A stretch of DNA of 64,000 bases from Octopus vulgaris. Lineage: Eukaryota. Position 1 is the stretch's first letter. Each line of letters begins with the position of its first letter. The notes below the pieces were generated by a model. It searched no databases, had not been told where the DNA came from, and worked only from the letters and a program-made list of their open reading frames with translations. Below are positions 55,487 to 64,000 of this stretch, piece by piece. The DNA lies in contig OX597816.1 in assembly GCA_951406725.2 (NCBI GenBank), positions 137,950,001-138,014,000 of the forward strand, given 5' to 3'. Both the position numbers and the translations under genes were made by a program.

Positions 55487-55642
55487 GCCCTCACTTATGT
55501 GTGTGTGTGTTTGTGTGTACGCGCGCGCTTGTGTGCATATGTGTAGTTTGAAATCACTGTCAACAACATTGTTTTATAAGAATAATATATTTGTGCTCTA
55601 CAAAAGTGTAGAGTAGTCTATCAGATCACTGTATATATAAAC

Positions 55643-55726
<84 letters not shown>

Positions 55727-55833
55727 ATGTATGTATGTATGTATGTATGTATGTATGTATGTATGTATGTATGTATGTATGTATGTATGTATGTTTGCAT
55801 GTATGTATGTATGTATGTTTGTATGTATGTATG

Positions 55834-55890
<57 letters not shown>

Positions 55891-55957
55891 TTATAGATAT
55901 AAGATTTGAACAACCTCTTGCATTCTCCACAACGATCTGGTGCATTAGCCTAATGAT

Positions 55958-56120
55958 TGCCGCATTTTAACATGTATAAGCGACCCTTTTTTCAAAAATT
56001 AGGTGAAAAAATATGGAAGTTTCTTATACATGGATAGTATTATAATCCTTTACAAATCCTTTTTACCAAATTTTCAACCCCCAAAATTAGGGGGTTCCTT
56101 ATACACGTTAAAATACGGTA
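55958..56120. mobile_element. pogo/Tigger-like (Tc1-mariner superfamily) MITE
   Basis: TIRs (tg)ccgcattttaacatgtataag / cttatacacgttaaaatacgg(ta); internal second cttataca. Confidence 0.7.
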
Positions 56121-56593
56121 AGTACCTGGAAAACTCAGGTAGTTTATTGACGCCTTCCCAAGACTCGTAATTGTTGAAGGATCCCGGCGGACGGAATTTT
56201 TTGATGACAGAATGCAGTATTTGAGCTGACAACGTACAGAACCGATACAAATACTACAAGGCGTCTCAACCTATTCTAACATTCTACCATGCGTGTACAT
56301 GTATGCTATCGTTTGTTTTCTTTCTGCGGATTCCGTTCATCTCGGGAGTCCTTGTAACTCCACCTGGAAAGTCTTGCTGCGGTCTCGTTCATAGTGCAGC
56401 ATCTGGTGTTGCTGCACAAACTCATTTGTAATCGATATTCCTGATCACAGTAAATTCTTTGGAAGGTCAGTCTTCTCTTGGTGCTGTTTTACATAGATGG
56501 ATACAGAGAAAACCAACCAAGTTTTGTTGGAACTCCTGAAATCTTGCATGTGTAGCAGGCTTGCTACATGCTGCCTACGGTACCATGCTACCT

Positions 56594-56634
56594 GGTGTTG
56601 TTGTTGTTGTTGCTGTTGTTGTTGTTGTTGTTGA

Positions 56635-56674
<40 letters not shown>

Positions 56675-56892
56675 CTTCTTCTTCTTCTTCTTCTTCTTTT
56701 TCTTCTTCTTCTTCTTCTTCTTCTTCTTCTTCTTCTTTTTCTTCTTCTTCATCATCTTCGTATTTGTGGTATTAGTAGTGTGAGAATCTGAGCAGCAGCA
56801 GCAGCAGTAGTAGTAGCAGCAGCAGCAGCAGCAGTAGTAGTAGCAGCAGCAGCAGCAGTAGTAGTAGCAGCAGCAGCAGCAGTAGTAGTAGT

Positions 56893-56925
<33 letters not shown>

Positions 56926-56956
56926 TGTTTGTAGTAGTAGTAGTAGTAGTAGTAGT
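56594..56956. repeat. (GTT)n, (CTT)n and patterned (AGC)n(AGT)n tracts
   Basis: Direct reading. Confidence 0.95.
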
Positions 56957-57951
56957 GTTTCCTTTTGTTCTTGTTGTATGTCATGAATGTAGTGGTACTA
57001 CTACCAGAGTGAAAATGTTAGCTTTGTTGTTTAGTTCCAGTTAACAGAAAAGGCTTTTAATATTATAAGATGAATGTGATTAATAGGTAGGTGGATAAAA
57101 TGAGAAGAATAGTTGATCGTTTTCGATTTATCATCCATTTACTATCGAGGACAGAATAACGTCGGAAATTTCTGTCCGTATTAGTATGGATAATAAGAAT
57201 GTTCTTTTGAAAGCGGTGTGTGTACTTAGTTCTTTTTAAAGTTCGGCATTTTGATAGTCGTACCTGTGAGGATCCTGTTGACTACAAGAATTTTCTTGCC
57301 ACTACCGTTTTGTTGCTTACATTGTAAGTGTGTGCTGATGTTTATACTGTGCCAGTGTTAATCTGCCCTCCTTTAATACTCCCCAGAATAAATCTGATTG
57401 TACAAAACTGTTATCACTCGTATATTTTGTAATGTTTACATATAATTTTACTAGCCTAGTTATATTTTTTGCTGACGTCATTACTTGATCTGCCAAACTT
57501 CCAGTTGTTTATTACAAGGCAATTTTCGATTGTAAACAACAAGTTTCGGTATTCAAATCAAACTATAGGACTGCTACAGATCTACGAGCAAAGATGTTCC
57601 AAACAAGATCTTATCAACTTCCATTCACATAGTTTGCTTATATGTCTTACTGTTAAACAAGTTTTTTTTTCCCGTTGCTATAAATTTGGTCGGCTATTAT
57701 CTGAGCGAGTTATGACCCGCTGTTTTGGGGGTCAACTGATTTTGACTCGCTGTTTCTAACACATTCAAGTGAACACTTAGTACCTGACTCGACGACTAGG
57801 GAACTGATAGTGATGTTTGTTCAAATTCAAATGATAGTGAGAGTAAGTTCAATATGGCAGGGAGGGATATATTAGCTGTTGCTATTGTTTAGTCCCAAAT
57901 CATGCCTGATTGAACATACCTGTCATAAAAGCGATCAAACAACGACCATCC

Positions 57952-58358
57952 TACTCTTTCACTTGTTTCAGTCATTTGACTGCGGCCATGCTGGAGCACC
58001 GCCTTTAGTCGAGCAAATCGACCCCGGGACTTATTCTTTTTGTAAGCCCAGTACTTATTCTATCGGTCTCTTTTGCCGAACCGCTAAGTGACGGGGACGT
58101 AAGCACGCCAGCATCGGTTGTCAAGCAATGCTAGGGGAACAAACACACACACACACACACACACACAGACACACACATATATATATACATATATACGACG
58201 GGCTTCTTTCAGTTTCCGTCTACCAAATCCACTCACAAGGCATTGGTCTGCCCGGGGCTATAGCATAAGACACTTGCCCAAGATGCCACGCAGTGGGACT
58301 GAACCCGGAACCATGTGGTTGGTTAGCAAGCTACTTACCACACAGCCACTCCTGCGTC
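57952..58358 (-). mobile_element. SINE family B, young full-length copy
   Basis: Reverse complement of the 43645 copy. Confidence 0.92.
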
Positions 58359-58894
58359 TATCCTGTTTGTTTTTTGTTTTATTTTTCTTGAATAAAGGAC
58401 TATATTGTGTCTCCTTTTTAAAGAAATTAGAATATAGATGCATCGTTAATTCCGAGCCATTCCTAGCATTCTAGTCCTGTCTACGCTGTTTTTTCACTAG
58501 ACTGCATGCAGAGCTGCACTATATAATGCATCACACCATTCTGATATTTTCTTCATACGGTAGTAACCATGTGGAGGCTTCCTCAGCTGAAGGTGATAAT
58601 AGTGATGGTGATAGCATAAGTAGTAGTAGTATGATGAAGTAAAAAGCTGGTATAGGTTGTTGTTGTTGTTGTTACAGCGGATGGTGATGATTGGGGTGAT
58701 AATGTCAGTGGTGGTAGTTGCGGTCGTGGTAGTGGTTGAGATTGTCGGGGTGAAGTGGTTAGGAGTTGAAGTGATAGTGTCGTTGATGGTAGGATGAAAG
58801 AAAATTAGCAGCTTTTGATGGTGACAGCGATGATGGCAGTAATGGTGAATGTGATATATGTTGATAAGTATCTATGTTGTTGGTGTCTCAGGTA

Positions 58895-59375
58895 ATAGTT
58901 AGCTACGATAATCGTTGCCATGGCTATAGTCGCTATGGTGATAGCTGTTATGGCGGTAGTTGCTACGGTGTTACCTGTTGTAGTGATTCTTGCTATGGTG
59001 GTAGTTACGGCGTTAGTTGTTCTAGTGATAGTTATGGCGATAGTTTGCTATGAAGATAGATGTTATGGTGATAGTTGCTATGGAGACAGTTGTTATGGTC
59101 GTAGTTGTTATAGCGATAGTTGCTATGGCGATAGTTGTCAAGTCAATAGCTGCTATGGGGATAGATGTTATGGTATTAGTTGTTATGGTTATAGTTGCTA
59201 TGGCGATAATTGTTACGATGATAGTTGCTATGATGTTAGTTGTATTGATAAATTCTTTGATAATGGTGTCTGTGGTTCTGATTGCTGTGGTGATGGTTGC
59301 TGTGGTGATGGTTGCTGTGGTGATGGTTGCTGCGGTGATGGTTGTTGTGGTGATGGTTGCTTTTGGTGATAGTGG
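58895..59375. repeat. Diverged 15-bp minisatellite (tgctatggcgatagt grading into tgctgtggtgatggt)
   Basis: 15-nt periodicity, about 30 units; translates as (CYGDS)n(CCGDG)n. Confidence 0.85.
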
Positions 59376-60427
59376 CAGTGGTGGTGGTTGCAATGGTAAT
59401 GGTTGTGCTGACGGCTGCTTTGGTGATGGTGACAGCGGTGATGATGGTAGTAGGAATGAGACGAGTGGTGATGACTATTGTAGCAATGGTTGACGTAGTA
59501 ATAGTGATAGTAAAAGTGGTGGTGATGGTGGTGGTATTATTTCGCAGTGGTGGTGGCGGTAAGGGCGGGGGCGGTGGTTTTGGTAGTGGTGGTGGTGGTG
59601 ATTGAGACTGGGATGATGATATTAGCTTTCATGATAGCTACAACTGAAGCAGCAAGGGTGATGAAGACTGTAGTGAAAGTAAGAGCTCTGATGATGATCT
59701 TGTAAGCAGTTGAAAGGGCTGAAATGAAACCTTGATAGATATAAAGAAGAAAACTGCAGGAAATGTAGATGACTATGCTGTTTCATCATCTGCCCATCTC
59801 ATTTATCACCCTCAATAACATCTGTAAGGAGCTGTCAGTAACTTTTCAATTATAAAGATTTGTTTTGTTTTGTTTTAAATTTTTCTTGTACATGTGTCTG
59901 AAATAAATTATTTTCCCATAGATTACGGGTAGAGGGTATTATGTAGATAGAATCAGGGTATATAATGTGGGTTGAGTACGGATATAGTTACGGACTAAAG
60001 CCAGTTTTCTTCACCTGCGAGCGAGTAAGGTTGAGTAGCATGTACCACCCCGTTGCTAATAGTTATATATGCTTGTATAATAGCGAGTAAACAGTGATAA
60101 CTACTCTCACGTTTATTCCTGGCCCGGCAGAACATCGAAGATAGAAGGAAAGTGGGTGGTACAGAACCTGGCTAAGTTACATTATATTTATGTAGACTGG
60201 ATCAATGTTAAGGACACAAGGCACTGCTCAGTCCAGGAACTGAACCCGCAGTCTTATGGTCATAAGCTGAATACCGTATCTACTCAGCTCCGTACCTCTA
60301 CTGGAAAACATACTAGTAAAACGAGTATGACTCAATGAAATATATTTTTGCTAGTTGCTTTAGCTTCGTGTGTCATCTCGGCTCTTCTACTTGTTGACCA
60401 GTAGAATACCCAGAATGTCGGAAAAAT

Positions 60428-60898
60428 GGGGCGCACCGGGATGCCGAGTCCGACGCCAACGCTACAGCCCCGTACCGGTCCGCCGCTTCGCGTGAAGACG
60501 TGTTCCGGCGCCCGGATGCGCGACGCCGAGCGGACGGCGACGCGACCGCGCGGGAGCGAGGCGACACACACGGCCCAACCGACCCGGTCCTCGGAGCCAA
60601 TCCTTCTTCCGAAGGTACGGATCCATTTTGCCGACTTCCCTTACCTACATTGGCGCTATCGACGAGAGGCTGTACACCTTGGAGACCTGCTGCGGATGGT
60701 GGGTACGGACCGACTCGAGAGCTGCGATTCGTTACGGACCCGGATTTTCCAGGGCCGCCGAGAGCGCACCGGACGCCGCCCGAGACGCGGCGCTCTACAG
60801 GTACCATATCCGTATCTCCGGACGAGCCGATTCCACGGACGCGGTCCTTTACGAAGAAGAGAGAACTCTACCCGGGGCTCCCGGCAACGTCACCGGTT
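60428..60898 (-). pseudogene. Isolated 28S (LSU) rRNA fragment, D7b to D8 region
   Basis: Minus strand has conserved LSU core: gggagccccgggtagagttctct, ccgcagcaggtctccaaggt, aatgtaggtaagggaagtcggcaaaatggatccgtaccttcgg; abrupt GC-rich island with no flanking rDNA. Confidence 0.9.
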
Positions 60899-61076
60899 GA
60901 TACATATTTTCAGCGAAGACTGGAGAATGTGAAATGAGGTGCCATACTTAAGGAGATAAAGCGCTGCCTGGCCCAACTGTCAAACCAAACCAAGCTAGCT
61001 ACTAGCCCACTAGCGAAGTGTAACGTGCTTTCACTGAATTGTAATTGGGGAGATGTTGATATAAAGAAAAATATTC

Positions 61077-61461
61077 TTTTCTACTCTAGGCACAAAGCCC
61101 GAAATTTTGGTGGAGGGTCCAGTCGGCCCCAGTGCGTAACTGGTACTTATTTAATCGACCCCAAAAGGATGAAAGGCAAAGTCGACCTCGGCGGAATTTG
61201 AACTCAGAACGTAAAGACAGACGGAATACCTATTTCTTTACTACCCACAAGGGGCTAAACACAGAGAGGACAAACAACGACAGACAAACAGATTAAGTCG
61301 ATTATATCGACCCCAGTGCGTAATTGGTACTTAATTTATCGACCCCGAAAGGATGAAAGGCAAAGTCGACCTCGGCGGAATTTGAATTCAGAACGTAGCG
61401 GCAGACGAAATACCGGTAAGCATTTCGCCCGGCGTGCTAACGTTTCTGCCAGCTCGCCGCC
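61077..61461 (-). mobile_element. Composite SINE: full A1 (61231-61461) joined to a headless tail-2 copy (61077-61230)
   Basis: Same junction position as 8577-8966. Confidence 0.88.
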
Positions 61462-61899
61462 TTATAAAGAAAAATATTGGCTTATAAATGACCCAGGGAT
61501 AGATCAGACTAAGGATCCTTCCGATTTAAGAAATGACAGACAAATTACTTAAGGGAGAAACTTAACTACGAAAGGCGGTTATGATATTAGAAAGAGCAAG
61601 AAAAGAGAGAGTGAGGGGAGAATAGGAAGGTGGAAGAGAAAAGGGGATGTTGAAGGGAGGAAGGAGGGACAGAGAGTAGATGAGAGTGAGAGAACATGAT
61701 AAATCTGTCTCTATTATAAACTGCACTGATGATCAGTGAAACAAGATGGAAGGTCACGAAATAAGTCGTTACTTACTGCAGCTTTTATCACCGTTTTGAA
61801 AAGGACTCACTGGACACTCGGAAGAAGCTCTGGCTGAAATTTGGCAGGCATGGAAGCTTGCAAGTTAGGATTGACTTAAAACCCGTTTAATTTCTATTT

Positions 61900-62495
61900 T
61901 CGTTCTTTACTTGTTTCAGTCATTAGACTGCAGCTATGCTCAGGCACCGCCTTGAAGAATTTTTTAGTCGAATAAATCGACCCCCAGTACGTATTTTTGT
62001 TTTTTGAAGCCTGGTATTTATTTTATCGGTCACTTTTGCCAAATCGATAATGCATGAGGAGCGAACACCGGTTACCAAGCGGTGGTGGATAACAAATAAG
62101 GACACAACCGCGTATGTATCGTTGGCGATTTTCTTCCTCCGTCTTCCCTTCCTTTGGACTTTCCTCTATTTCCGAAGAAGTGCTTGGCTCGAAACGTTAA
62201 ATTCTCTTTCCTTCCTTTCCTGAGCGTCTAATAATACAGTACTTGCACCACCTTCTCGCGTTATTGTTGGTTTTTCCTGTTTGTTCTTCTTTGTTTGTCT
62301 TCACTATATATATATATATATGTGTGTGTGTGTATGTGTGTGTGTGACTGGTTTCTTTAAATTTCCGTCCACCAAATCCATTTGGTTGGTCTTCTATAGT
62401 AGAAGACACTTGTCCAAAGTGCCATGCAGTGGGAGTGAGCTCAGAATCATGTGGTTGGGAAGCAAGCTTTTTACCACAAGGCCACGTCTGCGCCT
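61900..62495 (-). mobile_element. Family-B SINE interrupted at its microsatellite by an insert of about 200 bp (62110-62305)
   Basis: 3' half at 61900-62105, 5' half at 62340-62495. Confidence 0.75.
62168..62202 (+). ncRNA. Minimal type-I hammerhead-like motif (CCGAAGA core) in a pyrimidine-rich Penelope pseudo-LTR-like insert
   Basis: ATTT-CCGAAGA-a-GtGC-ttg-GCtC-GAA-ACGT-T-AAAT. Confidence 0.55.
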
Positions 62496-63229
62496 AGTGC
62501 ACATATTATGGCACAACCATATGCAATTGAAAAGTAAAGTCAAATGTAGCAACAATTTTTGGTTCACTTTTTATTTCTTTTCACAATCAAATTTCATCTT
62601 ATTACGAAATCAAATACTCGCAAATTATTTACCACGAAACTCTACTGGTTATTCCTTTCACGTTCTAATCACATACCATCATTTGAATGTCGCTTTTTGT
62701 CAGATAACGAATCTTATTTAGAGAATATTTTTAAATACAGTAAACTTGCGAAGTTGATATAAATTTTACAAAACCTCATTTGTCTTTTCATTGCTTAACC
62801 TCTTCTCACACTCTATCACACTTCATTCTTTCTCAGCATCGTAGGATTAAAAGGGTACGTAATTGTATAGTCTACGTTTTAATTGGTTTAGTTCAGCATC
62901 AAAATCTCACTTGCCTCCATAAACATTACGCTATAATTTATGTGTCTTTAACACCAGCCAAACACATAAACCCTCTCTATACAGATTAATTACCAGATAT
63001 TACACTCAATAAGGCTGCAACGTACCATTCCTAATTCTGCTGTATTGAAATGCAGCAGAAATTGCAAATAGAATTACAAAATGTTGTGAATATGAGCATG
63101 AGAATACAAGCAATTGTATATAGACTGACAAAGGTTAAGAATGATAATTCAGTGAAGACAAAATAATAAGTCCCATAAAACTATAGGATATTAATTAGTT
63201 TTATGTATTATATAACACAGGTTCAGTCG

Positions 63230-63413
63230 CGAGTGCATATGGTTAAGAAGCTCGCTTTTCAACCACGTAGTTTCGGGATCAGTCCCACTGCATGGTACCT
63301 TTGGCAAGTGTTTTCTATTATAATGCACTGGAACAAACAATGCTTTGTGAGCAAATTAGGTAAACGGAAACTGTGTGGAAGCCCGTCAGATATATACATG
63401 TATATATATATAT

Positions 63414-63464
<51 letters not shown>

Positions 63465-63825
63465 CAAAACGCCCCCGTCCAATGGATGGTGGTGAGTTGT
63501 CAAACATTTAAAGCAAAGTTTCTCAAAACAATTTGTCCGACCGTCCCATAGGCCTCCCTTTTGAGAAACACTAATTTAACCTAAATTTGAGACACCAGCA
63601 AACGAAGAAATAAAGATAGACTTTCTTTCTATTCCAAGAAAAGCGATTTTACAAATGCACGTTCCCACAGCTTTATCGATCGCATTCTCACCTGGAATCG
63701 ACTTTTGTAATTTTTTCAAGGCTTATTCACAGCCTGATACCGTCGGTATCTACATATCAAATTTGAGCGCAATCGGATGGAGGATGTCCGAGATCCTAGA
63801 AGACAGAACAGATTTTATATTATAT
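63230..63825 (+). mobile_element. Family-B SINE head (63230-63390) followed by a probable non-autonomous Helitron-like element (about 63462-63825) in TA repeats
   Basis: 3' part tatctacatatcaaatttgagcgcaatcggatg...gagat...acagattttatattata resembles ends of invertebrate non-autonomous Helitrons (recognised from memory). Confidence 0.45.
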
Positions 63826-63863
63826 ATATATATATATGTATATATATATACACACACAAACAT

Positions 63864-63972
<109 letters not shown>

Positions 63973-64000
63973 TGTATGTATGTATGTATGTATTCTTTTA

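Noticed and set aside
60860-60898. Idea that the 28S fragment begins at the protostome hidden break
   Set aside because: It lacks the CGAAAGGG segment that follows the break and starts further downstream
60332-60937. Several overlapping GC-rich ORFs
   Set aside because: By-product of the 28S rRNA fragment

Overview
AT-rich, microsatellite-dense animal genomic DNA. The SINE families and the (TA)n/(TACA)n/(CTAT)n load suggest an octopus or other cephalopod (inference). Only one credible host CDS is visible: a 170-aa protein with signal peptide, single Ig domain and TM helix at 21562-22074, with the whole CDS in one exon. The rest is intergenic or intronic DNA holding more than 30 tRNA-derived SINE copies, LINE remnants (Tx1/L1, three CR1, several RTE, one R4/Dong-like), hAT/pogo/piggyBac-type MITEs, an isolated 28S rRNA fragment and long simple repeats. 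Nearly all other ORFs in the track are translated microsatellites. Main observations: (1) several dispersed minimal type-I hammerhead-ribozyme-like motifs in Penelope/retrozyme-like repeats, three unrelated ones sharing a non-canonical CCGAAGA core; (2) a SINE whose 3' tail matches the 3' end of the Tx1/L1 element in this window, plus a possible SINE-CR1 pair; (3) a 99-bp inverted repeat whose spacer is copied from about 365 bp downstream; (4) a 5'-inverted RTE with a codon-continuous breakpoint; (5) a Dong-like insertion whose empty site survives in a neighbouring duplicate. All alignments and folds were done by eye; repeat boundaries are approximate.
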